From Chiloscyllium plagiosum (taxonomy: Eukaryota): a stretch of 64,000 bases of DNA. Location: the NCBI RefSeq assembly GCF_004010195.1, contig NC_057714.1:76835456-76899455 (forward strand), in the 5' to 3' direction. A program made the translations under genes and the position numbers. Numbering within the stretch: the stretch's first letter is position 1; each line of letters begins with the position of its first letter. Below are positions 36,834 to 49,759 of this stretch, in pieces. The notes beneath the pieces are model-generated. The model did no database searches, had not been told where the DNA came from, and saw only the letters and a list, made by a program, of their open reading frames with translations.

Positions 36834-37003
36834 TGGATTAGTGGTGCTGGAAGAGCACAGCAGTTCAGGCAGCATCATCAGGAATGGCTTTTGCCCGAAA
36901 CGTCAATTTTACTGCTCCTCGGATGCTGCCTGAACTGCTGTGCTCTTCCAGCACCACTAATCCAGGATCTGGTTTCCAGCATCTGCAGTCATTGTTTTTA
37001 CCT
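36834..37003. mobile_element. Penelope-derived fold-back insertion
   Basis: 13-bp TSD actttagctacac (36821-36833 / 37004-37016); perfect 44-bp inverted repeat 36833-36876 / 36922-36965. Confidence 0.88.
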
Positions 37004-37955
37004 ACTTTAGCTACACATCAGGCGAGTGCCTCCGTTTCTAGGAAATTGAGTCTTCCAGTATATTTAATCTGATTAAAAACATGGCAGCCAAAGGTGAAAC
37101 TTCAGTTTTTCCTCTGCCTTTTAAAAGCAATCAAGTTAATAATTTGGATTTAATCAATATGACTGAATCTTGATCCACTGTATTGTATTTCACAAGAATT
37201 ATAGCATTGATGAACCACGTAATCAGCTTTGCTCTCTGTTGATAAGCATCACCCTTTGTAATTTTCTCCTATTTCTCCCTTCTTCTGAAGGTGTTTATTA
37301 CTTGCTAGGATTCAGTTCTTCTGGCCAGCCTGTTGGACTTTGTCCACGTGATTATAATGTGTACAGTAAGTGAAAGCAGGTTGTTGATCATCACCAAGCA
37401 ATCCAGCCAAGCACAATCCTATCCTCATCTGATTTCTACCAATGTGCACTTGGAACAATTTACATTCTGGCTGCTTAGGTCCTCCTCCTTATTAATTGTT
37501 CTTTTGATCCCTGTTGCTTCTGTCACCAATATTTTACATTCTCTTAACTTACTGAAGGATGATAAGGTCACAGGGTAAGCAAGGACTGTGGCACTAAACT
37601 TTGTTTTCTCAAAGAGTCAGCCCAGACACAGTGGGCTGATTGACCTCCTTTTGTGCTGTGCATTCCTATGACTCTCTTTTTCTTTTTAGCTATCTAAACT
37701 TCACTACGTGTTCTCAGCATGTTTTGGTCTAAGGAATCAGTTAGTATATGTACCAAATGGTTGATATTGATGCATGATAGATAGTGCTAGCATTACATTT
37801 CTTCTTAAATTATGCATCCTTATTAAGAGTTAATTACATGAGAATGCAAACATTGTTCATTCAGCAATTAAATATTCCTGCTCAGTAAAAATGTGTGAAT
37901 ATATATGATTGTAATATTTGTTGACTATCCATTTGTATTTCTGATTTACTCAATT

Positions 37956-38968
37956 GTGGAGTGCCACAAGGATTGGTGCTGGGCGCTCTACTTTTTGTCA
38001 TTTACATAAATGATTTGGATGCGAGCAGAAGAGGTACAGTTAGTAAGTTTGCAGATGTCACCAAAATTGGAGGTGTAGTGGACAGCGAAGTGGGTTACTT
38101 CAGATTACAACAGGATCTTGACCAGATGGGCCAATGGGCAGAGAAGTGGCAGATGGTGTTTAATTCAGATAAACGCTGCATTTTTGGAAAGCAAATCTTA
38201 GCAGGACTTATACACTTAATGGTAAAGTCCTAGGGAGTTTTGCTGAACAAAGAGACCTTGGAGTGCAGGTTCATAGCTCCTTGAAAGTGGAGTCGCAGGT
38301 AGCTAGGATAGTGAAGAAGGCGTTTGATATGCTTTCCTTTATTGGTCAGAGTATTGAGTATAGGAGTTGGGAGGTCATGTTGCGGCTGTACAGGACAGTG
38401 GTTAGGCCACTGTTGGAGTATTGCATGCAATTCTGGTCTCCTTCCTATTGGAAAAATGTTGTGAGACTTGAAAGGGTTCAGAAAATATTTACAAGGATGT
38501 TGCCAGGGTTAGAGGATTTGAGCTATTGAGAGAGGCTGAACAGGCTGGGGCTGTTTTCCCTGAAGTGTTGGAGGCTGAGGTTTACAAAAGGTTTTACAAA
38601 ACGTTATAGAGGTTTACAAAATTATGAGGGGCATGGAGAGGGTTAATAGGCAAAGTCTTTTCCCTGGGGTTGGGGAGTCCAGCACTAGAGGGCATAGGTT
38701 TAGGGTGAGAGGAGAAAGATATAAAAGAGACCTAAGGGGCAACTTTTTCACACAGAGGGTGGTAAGTGTATGGAATGAGCTGCCAGAGGAAGCGGTGGAG
38801 GCTGGTACAATTGCAACATTTAAGAGGCATTTGGATGGGTATATGAATAGGAAGAGTTGGAGGGATGTGGACTGGGTGCTGGCAGGTGGGACTAGATTGG
38901 GTTGGGATATCTGGTCAGCATGGACGGGTTGGACCGAAGGGTCTGTTTCCATGCTGTACATCTCTGTG
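37956..38968 (+). mobile_element. HER1/CR1 LINE 3' part (RT core to tail)
   Basis: PQGLVLGALLFVIYINDLD..SKFADVTK; YRTVVRPLLEYC; RGNFFTQRVV; HER1 tail. Confidence 0.93.
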
Positions 38969-40997
38969 TACCAAAGAAATCTTAAGGGCTTTTAATATGT
39001 TGGTGAGATTTACGGAAACTATCATTTGTTTTTGATCAGCAATATTGAAACTAAGAGACAGGCTATAAAAGAAAATAGTTAATATAAACAGAACAGTTTA
39101 GCATTCTAACAAATGTTCACTACTGGTTTTGGTTCTATTGCTTTACAACAGCTTTAAATAAGATTCATCTTTCATTGGAATGATTTTAAAGTAGGTTTCA
39201 TGGTCTTCTCCCCCTTTTCTGCTATTTTTGGGTTTTCTCTGTGAAACGTTGTTTGTAATTAGCAGCCATTGAAGACTGATTAACAGTGTTCTTACAGACT
39301 GTCCAACACAACAGAGATTCAACAAAGAATACTCAGAAGTGTGGAGGTGTTTCAGTTTTCCTATGAAATGAACATCAATTACTTTTACACTGGAGGTTTA
39401 TTGATCCTTGCTTTGTTCTTTATTTATGGTGGCTGACTTATACCAATCTGTAGTCACTGTGTACAGTTAAATATGGTAGTTATAAATGAATGATCTGTTT
39501 ATGGAGAAGAATGTTTTCAAGATTGAGTAAACATGGTCAAAACAATTCTAATTTTTCATTTACAGAATGCATTTTGTCCATAATGGCCAATACTTTCACT
39601 GATAATGAAATGATTTTATCTGTCAGCCTTCATTGTACTGTGATGCTAGCATTGAAGATTTACAGGGAATAGTACCAAATGAGTTGTAATAAAATTTTAA
39701 TTACTTATCATAGCAATTCATTATTTCTTAAAAATAACATGTGGAATTGTTTGTAAGGCAGAGCTGATGCTTTTAGCGCAAGAATTTACTTACCTTCTCC
39801 TGATTTTGCAGTGTGATAAACTGGAGAAACCCGCTCACCTATCTTGATAGATTGCTTTCTTACTTATCATCCATCATTTTACCTTTTTGTTACTCTTTAG
39901 GGAATTGAGTCTGTTCATGGTGAAGGTGACAAAGTATCTCAGAGAGTGTCAAAATAGACACATTCTCCATGCATTCACTGTACTGTGTCATAAATAAAAA
40001 GTGATCTGGCATTTAATGCATATTTTTAACTTCAGCTTTTCAAACATACTCGTAAATTGTGGAATGCTGTATCTAAATAGTAAAATTTCTTATTAGAGAG
40101 ATATCTGCCAACAGTCCACAGATTAAATGCTGCTGATCAACTTAAAAAGAGGGTCTGAGCTGCAGGAGGTCTTTCCAAAGTTAAGTAATTACAGTATGAG
40201 GGGACCATATCAAAAGTACCTCTTAACTATTTCAGGCAGATACTTGAAAAATGACCTGACCTCAACAATGACCAAATCCTGTTTTTTTTCAATTTCTAAT
40301 CCCAATAAATCTGGTTATTCATAAACTAGCACCAGGTTAAAATCCTAACAAGAAGGGATCGTGCTACCTATTCTGGTCTATCCCATGTTATATTGTTAAC
40401 TTGTAGTGCCTAGTGTTATGCAGACATTTCCACTACTTGTATTTTTGAGAACTCATGTCTAATGGATTGTGAGACTTGGTTCATTTGAGGTGCTGAGGAA
40501 CCACCTGGACCGTTTGTTTTCTGAAGGGTTACTGCAGAGACACTGAGATGCATTTTTTTCTAAAAGTCACTTCCAGAGATGTTACATGACTTCAGTTAAT
40601 TGTTTGGATCTGTTGAGAGTCACATGCCGGAGTCTATGGCTGTCAGGTGTGTGACTATTTGATTTTTTTTGGAGTTCAGATGGGATGTAGCCTATGAAGA
40701 GATAAGACACCGCACTCAGCCTTTGCTATCTTCCTGAGAAAAATTCTCTTGAGAGCTTTCTTCCCTAAATAAAGGCTTCTTGAAGACATCTTCTCAAAAT
40801 CTTGACGGACCTTCATCTGAAGCCAATCAAGCAGACAACATCTATGTCCAGTGACACCTATTGAAAGATATCTGGAACATTTCTTCATTAGTAAAATTCA
40901 AAGTGGCAGCGGATGTCTGGAAATCAGAAAGAAAAATAGAAATTGGTGGAAAAACTCAGCAGATTTGGAAGCATCTGTGGAGAGAAAACAGAATAAT

Positions 40998-41283
40998 AAA
41001 ACTCCTACAGTGTGGAAGCAGGCCCTTCCGCCTAACAAGTCCATACCAACCCTCTGAAGAGTAACCCATGCAGGACTATTCCCCTACCCTATATTTACTC
41101 CTGACTAATACTTGGCCAATTCACCTAACCTGCACATCTTTGGATTGTGGGAGGAAACCGGAACACCCAGAAGAAACTCACACAGACACAGGAAGAAGGG
41201 TAAAGTCCACACAGACAGTCGCCTGCAGCTGGAATCGAACCTGGATCCTTGGTGCTGTGAGGCAGCAGTGCTAACCACTGAGT
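40998..41283 (-). mobile_element. HE1 SINE inserted into a Penelope terminal fragment (40900-41320)
   Basis: V-domain present; flanks gagagaaaacaga|..|gagtcaacgttttggatccagtgac rejoin as a family B terminus. Confidence 0.8.
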
Positions 41284-41499
41284 CAACGTTTTGGATCCAG
41301 TGACTCTTGCTCAGAACTATAAACATTTCATAGTTTATTCTCTCATTTTCCCTAGAATTAACAACAATTTGGGCCACAGTGTTTTTTGTTGAAGGCTGAA
41401 AGTCTGCAGTCTAAGTTTCCTTTTTCTTTCTCTTGTGTGTTGGTTGAGGTATTTAGAAGGGTAAATATTTAGACATTTCTAATCGACCTTTCCAAACAT

Positions 41500-41725
41500 G
41501 ACACACAGAGAGAACGCTGGAGAATCTCAGCAGGTTCTGGCAGCATGCGTTGAGAGAGAAACAGAGTTCACATTTTGAGTCCAGTATGACTCTTCCACAT
41601 GAGTTCTTCATACCAGACTCAAAACATTAACTCAGTTTCTCTCTCCACAGATTCTGCCAGACTTGCTGATTTTCTCCAGCATTCTCAGTGCTTGTTTCAG
41701 ACTTTAAACATCTGCAGTATTTTGC
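41500..41725. mobile_element. Penelope-derived fold-back fragment
   Basis: gctggagaatctcagcagg..gagagagaaacagagtt versus aactcagtttctctctccacagattctgccagacttgctgattttctccagc (inverted). Confidence 0.6.
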
Positions 41726-44189
41726 TTTTATATGTCATGGCTCATCTTTGGAAAAAGTGGGATTTTAACTCAGGCCTCATTGGCCCAGACTTAGGGATAG
41801 TACCGCTGCACCACAAGAGCCTCAAGAGTAAGTATTTATTTTGAACTGTGCGTTAACAAGCTTTCTATCTTTGACAAATAAGTCTTCATCTTATAATAAA
41901 TAAATCATTTTGTTGTTAATTAAAGAAATCAGGTTGATGGTTCTTTTTGTTCTGAAACTATTACAAATAAACAATGCAATTGGCCAAATCAGTAACTGAC
42001 AAAGCATATGTTGTGTCCAGTGGAGCAATACAAGGAGAGTGTACTCCTACAGTCTTAGTCATAACGTAAAGTTGGTGGCTCACATGGGATAATCCAATGC
42101 TGCAAACGTACAATTGGATGAGGTTATTAATAAGCAAAAATGTGCACAGGAAGGATGCCAGAATTCATGTCAATAAAGTGAATCTTATAGAACCAAAATA
42201 GTTTTATTAGTTACTACAACTTTTTCGGAGGAAGAAGATTTATCCCTCAGTAGCTCTGCAAACATTAACCAAGATTACACTATTAGCGAAGTTGGAGTTA
42301 GAATTAAAAGTAGGACTAAGAAAACATACCTAATTGAGGCAATTTGTAAAATTGTAAGAAGAAAAAGGCAATCCAGATGGTAATTCAGTTGAACTGGCTG
42401 GAATTCAGCTCCAGATGTAGCGGCTTGAAATAAGAAAAATGGCAAAGAAATATGAAAATTTGACCAGGAAATCAGAATTGGAGAGAGAAAACTTGAATTG
42501 GAAAGAGGTATACTTCAGAGACAGGAAAAGGTAAATGCAAGATCTTTTAAGTGGCTGGAAGTAGAATTACTCATGGAAAAAAGAGAGGCAAGAGGGAGAA
42601 AGTGACAAAGCACTGACTTAAGAAACTGGAACTGAAAATGACAGAGATTTGGATGAGGAGATATCTGCATCCAACCCAAGGATCAGTGGGAGTTGTTGAA
42701 ATTTGTCTGCAAATCCTCCTACATGTTGAGGACATTTTTATTTTGAAAAGATCACTTAACCGATGAGGTAGCCAAAGCAAAGTTGGACACTAATCAAGCC
42801 GGCTGTAAGCAGGCTGACTCGCAGAGCTCACAAAGTTTGCACCATGTTTACTGAGCAGGATTCAGCAGATTGTAAGACAGCAAAAAAGGCTATTCTTGAT
42901 GTTTTTGAGTTGTTCCCTAAGGCTGCCAAGCAAAACTTTCAGGATCTTTGTACGCAGCCTGGATAGATGAGATAGAATTTGACAGGGTACAGCAAAATTA
43001 CTTTGATCTTTGGATACAGACACTTAAGGGAGAGGCCTTTATGAGATCCCTATGGATATAATTCTCCTGTAAGAATCTAACAATTTACTTCCTTCATTAA
43101 CAAGTGTCTATACAGAGAAAAGGAATGTCCAAACCAGCCAAATGGCTGATCATTATGAGTTTGTACACAAATTTAACACTTCTTTTCCATCAGCCCAACC
43201 ACCCTCAAGAAGGAAAGAAAGTGAGAGTGAAAGGATGGCACGTGGCCAGAGATGAGGAGGGATTGCTGGGAATGCCTCACGATTCCCTCCTTGGGCCAGA
43301 AAGGAAGGTGCTGGGGTTTGGAGACATGCCCAAAAGCCTTGGGAGTTTCCATTGCCATAAGGTTGACACCTTTGTGTGGATTGCCAGAAGCTGCATGGTA
43401 AACCCTTGGGATTTACCGAGATACATAAGGTCAATGCAGATAAGAGGCCCTGAATGAGAATACAATAGTTGTAGCTCTAACTGTAGCTCCTAAGCCAGTG
43501 TAAATATTGATGTGACTACAGGGAAGGAGAACTGAGAGCTACAGGGAATTCTTGTCAAAAGGTAAAGTAGACCCCTATCTCCCAAATGATTCAGGTAGAC
43601 CTAGGTATACTTAAATATACAGCAGATGACCAACCACCTTTGTTGGAGAAAGTCGGAACTTTCCAATGAGAGAGTGAATCAAATGCCAGTGTTTCAGTGA
43701 ACTGCATTGACAGGGAGTATATTTCCACATCCTTGTATTGTATGCACCTGGAATGTGCATATGTCAGGAAGGGTAATTCTGATTGCCTGTAGTTTACCTA
43801 AAGACACAGTTGACCTATTACTGGGAAATGATTTGGTCAGAGTGAAGGTACCAGCTCTCCAGTAGTTGCAGAAAGATAAAGGGAGGACAAAGTGACAGAG
43901 AATTTGTAGCAAAGGATTCCATGAAGATTTCTTCATGTTTATTGCTAATCACAAAGAGTGAATGAAAATGAATAGTAAATGCAGCCTAATTTTTCAAATT
44001 TATATTTTGTCTTTGCTTACACTTCTTAATTAAACATATTTAAAATTTGCATTTCATTCTTCCAAGGTGGTAGCATTGTGTAAGCACTTCCATTTTTTTT
44101 TGTGAGGACTCATGTTTGAAGGGCTGTGAAAATTGATTAATTTGAGGCGTTGAGGAGCGAGCTGGACTTGTTTTCTTTATTTTTATATT

Positions 44190-44802
44190 ATTGTGGCCAG
44201 CATTTATTGCCCATCCCTAGTTGCCCTCAAGAAAGCGATGGTGAGCTGCTTCTTGAACTGCAGCAGTCCACCTGCCATTAGGGAGAGAATTCCAGGATTT
44301 TGATCCAGTGGCAGTGAAGGAACAGTGATATATTTCCAAGTCAGGATGGTGTGTAGCTTGGAGGGAACTTGGAGATGATGGAGTTCCCATGTATCTATTG
44401 CCATTATCCTTCTAGATGAAAGTGATTGTACGTCTCAGGATCTTGGTGAATTTCTGCAGTGCGTTTTGAAGACACATTGCTGCCACTGAGCATTGGAGAT
44501 GAAGGGAGGAGGTGCTTGTGGATGTGGTGTCAATCAAGTGGGCTGCTTTGTCCTGGATGGCGTCAAGCTTCTTGAATGTGGTTGAAGCTGCACCCATCCA
44601 TGCAAGTGGGGAGTATCCCACCACCAAACTGACTCGTGCCTCGTAGATGGTGGGCAGGCTTTAAAGGAGTCAGGAGGTGAGTTACACGTCACAGTGTTCT
44701 TAACCTGTGACCTGCTCTTGTAGCCACTGTGTTTAGTGGTGAGTCTAGTTGAGTCTCTGGTCAATGGTTACTGCCCCAGGATGTTGGTAATTGGGAATTC
44801 AA
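44190..44802 (-). mobile_element. LINE 3' fragment (CR1/L2/Jockey group; tRNA-headed family)
   Basis: YSPLAWMGAASTTFKKLDAIQDKAAHLI; tail gggcaataaatgctggcc shared with the SINE at 33955. Confidence 0.7.
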
Positions 44803-45826
44803 AGGTCACTGAAAAAACAATGTGGGACAAATTTGTAAAATACACTGGCAAATGCATGACTACAATGTTAACTGAAATTCATACTTCTCACTTTATGGCT
44901 GACAGGAGTGTGGCTATTTCGATCTTGTTTGGAGTTGAATTGGAAAGACTCCCAGCTCAGGTTTTGTCACCTTACTAAGGAAAGCTGTATAGGATCCTGT
45001 GTGACAGCGAAAACACTGAAACAGCTATTTTCCCTGGAAAGGCTTCTAGAAGATTTCCTGTCAAATTTCTGAACAAAATGCATCCATCTGTGTCTAGTGA
45101 CCCCTATGTAAATATACCAGGGTGCTAGATTAAAGCAATCTGGAACATTTCATATCCTCTTCTGAGAATTAGCAACAATTTTGTGCCAAATGTTATTTTT
45201 CCAGAAAGTGATTTTTTTTTTAAAAAGTATGTTAGTATGCCTGTGTTGAGATAATGAGAAGAGTATATATTTATACTTATTTGCTTTAAATTGTTGTTAA
45301 TCAATTTTGTATCATTATTGAATAAGTGCAGTTCTTTCATAAATCAACAATTTTAGCTGAGGATAGTTTTACTTTGGACCAATTATAGGTAAACTGGCCA
45401 ATCAAGTAAGACAATCAAGTATACATTGTGACCAGAGGAGTGGTGAGAGACAATGCACTCTTCCCACCTTGGCCATAATGCTAGCAATACTCTCAGCTGT
45501 ACACATAATAGCTGTTGAAGAGGCAATGCAAATTAATTATGACCTCACCGAAATGTGCCCCTGTTGTGAGAACAAAATAAAAAGGTCACCATCTGCTGAT
45601 TGTTGAATTAGATTCAAACCTACCAACTTCAATCTCCATTGGTTCCATCAGTCTGGTTCTTTACCTACATCTCTTCGGTGAAAGCAACTTGCTGAAATAA
45701 ATTTTTTTGATACCTACCGCATCGAATTCCATTGCCTGCTTCATTCCTAACATATGAATCTTGAAGAGTTATTAAGAAATGATGACTCCTCTCCAGCCTG
45801 CTTTGCTCCATAGATGAGCATTGATT

Positions 45827-47345
45827 GGAGAGGCGATCACCTGGTGGTATTATCACTGGACTTTTAATCCAGGAACTCAGCTAATGTTCTGGGGTCCCAC
45901 ATTTGAATCCCACCATGGAATTTGAATTCAATAAAAATATCTGGAATTAAAAATTGACTGATGACTATGAAACCATTGCCATTTGTCTGAAAAATCCATC
46001 TGGTTCTCTAATGCCCTTCAAATGGAAATCTGTCATCCCTACATGGTCTGGCCTACATGTGATTGCAGAACTACAGCAATTGGTTGACTTCACCTACTGT
46101 CTGAAATGGCGTAGCAAACCACTCAGTTATATCAATCGCTATAAAGTCACAACAAAGAAATGAGAGCGTGCAGATCACCTGGCATCAACCTAGATACTGG
46201 GTAAGACAATGGCAGAAACAACAATGTCGACCCTATAAAGTCATCCTTAATAAAGTCTAGGGGCTAGTGCCAAAATTGGGAGAGCTGTCTCACAGATGAG
46301 TCAAGCAACAGCCTGACACAGTCATAGTCAAAGCATCATACCTTATACACAATGTCCCAGACACCACCATCACTATCAAAAAGTGTGGATTATACCTGAA
46401 ACGTCGACTCTCCTGCTGCTCAGATGCTGCCTGACCTGCTGTGCTTTTCCAGCACCTCACGTTTCGACTCTGATCTCCAGCATCTACAGTCCTCACTTTC
46501 TCCTAACCATCACCATCATCTCTGGATAAAACATGTCCCACCAGCAGGACAAACCCGGCAGCAGTGGCTGCATGTTCGTATACAGTATGGAGGGATTTGC
46601 TCTTGGAGTTCTCAACATTGACTTTAAACCCCATGAAGTCTCATGGATTCAGATTAAACATGAGCAAGGAAACCTTCTGCTGATTACCATACACAGTCCT
46701 CCCTCAACTGATGAATCAGGGTGGCACAGTAGCTCAGTGGTTAGCACTGCTGCCTCACAGCACCAAGGACCCAGGTTCAATTCCAACCTTGGGCGACTGT
46801 CTTTGTGGAGTTTGCACAATCTCCCTGTGTCTGGGTGGGTTCCTCCATGTGCTGTGGTTTCCTCCCACAGTCCAAAGATGTGCAGGTCAGGTGAATTGGC
46901 TTTGCTAAATTGCCCGTAGTGTACAGGGACCTCTAGGTTAGGTGCATTAGTCAGAGGTAAAATGTAAAGTAATAGAGGAATGGATCTGGGTGGGTTACTC
47001 TTCAGAGGTTCGGTGTGGACCTGTTGGGCCAGTGGTCTGTTTCCACACTGTAGGGATTCTATGAATTCTACTCCTCCATGTTGAACAGCACCTTAAAGGA
47101 AGCATTGAGATGGCAAGGGAACAAGATGTATTCTGGGTGGGGGATTTCAATGTCCACCTCCAAGAGTGGCTCAGCAACAGAACTGATCGAGTTGGTTGGG
47201 ATCTAAAGGACTTAGCTGCTAGACTGGGTCAGGCGATGAGGGAACCAACACGAGGGAAAACATCCATGACCTCATCTTTACTGATCTGCCAGTTGCAGAT
47301 GCACCTATCTATGACAATATTGCTAAGAGTGACCTTAAGAGTGAC
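45827..47345 (+). mobile_element. LINE 5' portion with tRNA-like head leading into an APE endonuclease
   Basis: First ~270 nt align with the SINE at 33955-34468; continues into VSWIQIKHEQGNLLLIT..PP and VFWVGDFNVHLQEWL..REPTRGK; interrupted at 46379-46505 and 46719-47063. Confidence 0.7.
46719..47063 (+). mobile_element. HE1 SINE
   Basis: A/B boxes and V-domain; inserted in the LINE at atgaat. Confidence 0.88.
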
Positions 47346-47374
47346 AAAGTCTTGCCTTCACTTTGCTAAACGAT

Positions 47375-47960
47375 GAGAGTAGCTTGCCTGCTGCCAGGAG
47401 AGTTTGAAGCAACATCATGCAATCATTAATTCCCAAAAAAAGGCACCTACTGGTGGGATGGTCTGTCAATGGAAAGCATCCACCAGCTTTGCATCTTGCT
47501 TCTTTTCCACAGTCAGTACAAAGGAATGTGTAACCTGCACCAATTTCCTTGAGCTGACCCTCCTCAGGTACATTGTGCATTGTACTCAGTCAGCTTTCTG
47601 CTGATGAGAGCAATTCTTATTTCAGGTCTGTCAGTTGTGGCATTGTCCACGAGGATGCACACACTCCAAGGGCTGCCAGCATCTTCATGGCGACAGCTCC
47701 CAGTGAATCCATACTTACTGCTACATCGCTGACCTGTCATTGGGATAGATCGCTTATGAATTCCAGATGATAGAAAGATAATGTGCATGACTAGATTATA
47801 CTGAGGAAGTGTGTGCATCATTAACCTCACTCTCATCCTTATTTAGCTCAGTCCAGTGACAAGACAAATCCGGACAGCTGGACTTAAATCTGACTGCAGT
47901 ACATATTCTGGATTTCTTCTGTGTGGTACTGAGCTCTGTACCTTCCACAACATGTTGTTA
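47375..47960 (-). mobile_element. RTE-clade LINE 5' fragment (APE N-terminus)
   Basis: DNATTDRPEIRIALI and EEGQLKEIGAGYTF..EARCKAG resemble the RTE motifs DRPERRTALI / EEGQLKEVGAGYTFFWSG. Confidence 0.7.
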
Positions 47961-47971
47961 CAGCACCTCCA

Positions 47972-48070
47972 AGTCCTGATGAAGGGTTTTCGCCCAAAAT
48001 ATCAATTTTCCCACTCCTCAGACACTGCCTGACCTGCTGTGCTTTTCCAGCGCCACTCTAATCTTGACTG
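47972..48070 (+). mobile_element. Penelope family A terminal fragment
   Basis: CTGATGA-agggttttcgccc-aaaat, then gctgcctgacctgctgtgcttttccagc-type sequence. Confidence 0.65.
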
Positions 48071-49759
48071 CAAAGAATGTGTCAAGCCTGCCTGTGAGAA
48101 GTGCTACTGCTCTATTCCACCCTAGCAGAAGCTGAGAGGAGGATTGATAAACAAACTGAGGCACAATCTGTGGTAATGAGTGTCATCAAGAAGAGGTGCA
48201 TACTGTAGGGTTTGATTGCCCATAAAAAAAAGCACTTCAAATTCTGAGTTATGCATTTAGCAGCTTGTCTATTATTTCATTTCCAGAAAGAAGAACATCT
48301 ATTTTTCTGTTACATTTAATTAAAATATTTTTGGTGTAATGTCAGTAAAGATAAAATATTTTTCTTCTGAGTGATCAGGTGTAATTAAACCAGTGAAGCC
48401 TTCCTATCTGGAGGCTTATATTTCAGGTGAATAACCTCCAACATTACATTCTGTGTCTTCCCAGAAAACAAAATGCAATATTCTGGCATCGTATTAGTAT
48501 TTGTTTTGTGAGAACATCTTTATAGGGATTCAGCCACAAACCAATTGTATATCTATTTCCTCTGTGATGCAATGTACCCCTTGAACTGCAATTTCATTAA
48601 AGTCTGTGACTAAATTCATTTAAGCTAGAGAACAGTACTTGATATGTTTGTCTTAAAGAAGATAAAGAAATTACATAAAATGTTATGGTACAAAATTTCA
48701 TATTAAAGTATTATGCACAAGCTTAATTTTAATTTGTTCAACTTCCAGGTATTAGGACTACAATAACCTAGAGAGGGGCTTGCTTTCAGAGACAAATTAT
48801 TAATGTCACAGTAAAAGACCATTCAGCCCATCATGTCTGTACCTGCTCTCCAAATGAGGATTTCACTGTCTGACAATATGTTTCCATTGAAATAATTGTC
48901 CAGTTCCCTTTTTAACGTTTATTTCAACCTGCCTCCACCACACCTTTGTGCCCGCCCATTTTTGATGTTTTTTATCCCTGTCTAGGCTGTCACGATGCTT
49001 CAATGATATGTGCCTCAATCAAATCTCTGCTCCAACATTCTTTCTCCGAGGATAACAGTCCAAATGTCTTCAATTTCTCTTTAACATGCCTCAAACCATT
49101 CTAATGAATCTTTCTATTCAGTACCTTCACATCTTCCAAATGTGTGATCCCTAGAACTGAATACAAAGCTTCAACTGAGGGCAAATTTGTGTCTTAGACA
49201 ATTTTGAAATGACCTCCGTGTTCTATTACTCTATGCCCCTATGAATAAAAGGTAAGACACTATTAGCTCTATTAACCCCACTCTGGACATGTCCTATCAC
49301 CTTCGATGACCTATGTACACATAAGCTCCTTCTGCTCCTATGTCCCTTTTTACATTGTCCCTTTGATATATGTTATCTGTCCATGTTTTTCCAACCAACA
49401 TGAATTACCTTGCATTTCTCCACATTGAATATCATCAGCTGTCTGTTCAACAATTCCATCAAATTGTCCATGTCCTTTTTATTGATTGATGTATTATTGT
49501 CACGTTATTTTGCTTGCTATACAAGCAGATCACACCATACAAAGTGCATCAAGAACAGAGTGCAGAATAGTGTTACAGCTGCAGAGAAGGTGCAGAGAGA
49601 GAATTAGAATTCAAATTTGAGAGGTCTGTTCAAATATCTGATAACAGCAGGGAAGAAGCTGTTCTTGAATTTATTCTAATCAGTGACAATTCCCGGCCTC
49701 TGGTGACTCGCGGCCTCTGACGACTGGCGACCTTCCAGCCAGGCACAGCGACCTCCTGG

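Larger units (their letters stand above)
40414..45480 (+). mobile_element. Decayed Gmr1-like Gypsy LTR retrotransposon: 5' LTR, PBS, gag/SCAN and protease remnants, second LTR; most of pol missing
   Basis: LTR tgttatg..cataac (40414-42065); PBS tggtggctcacatgggat (42073-42090, 13/18 match to the tRNA-Pro PBS); gag-like FEKI..PKQSWTL..SADCKTAKKAILDVFELFPKAAKQNF; knuckle remnant FHCHK; divergent LTR copy at ~44077-45480. Confidence 0.65.

Noticed and set aside
27146-38968. Inverted HER1 LINE pair (27146 - and 37956 +) around the exon
   Set aside because: It could add to intronic pairing, but the copies are distant from the exon and add little beyond the closer SINE pair already reported.
39880-39931. 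Acceptor-like ctttttgttactctttag followed by a short frame and gtgaca
   Set aside because: The donor is weak and the peptide has no similarity to PLXDC2; such sites occur by chance in AT-rich introns.
7975-47063. tRNA-like A/B boxes and recurring ORFs such as MGGTVAQWLALLPH and DCGRKPEHPEETH
   Set aside because: They are heads and bodies of HE1 SINEs, not tRNA genes or proteins.
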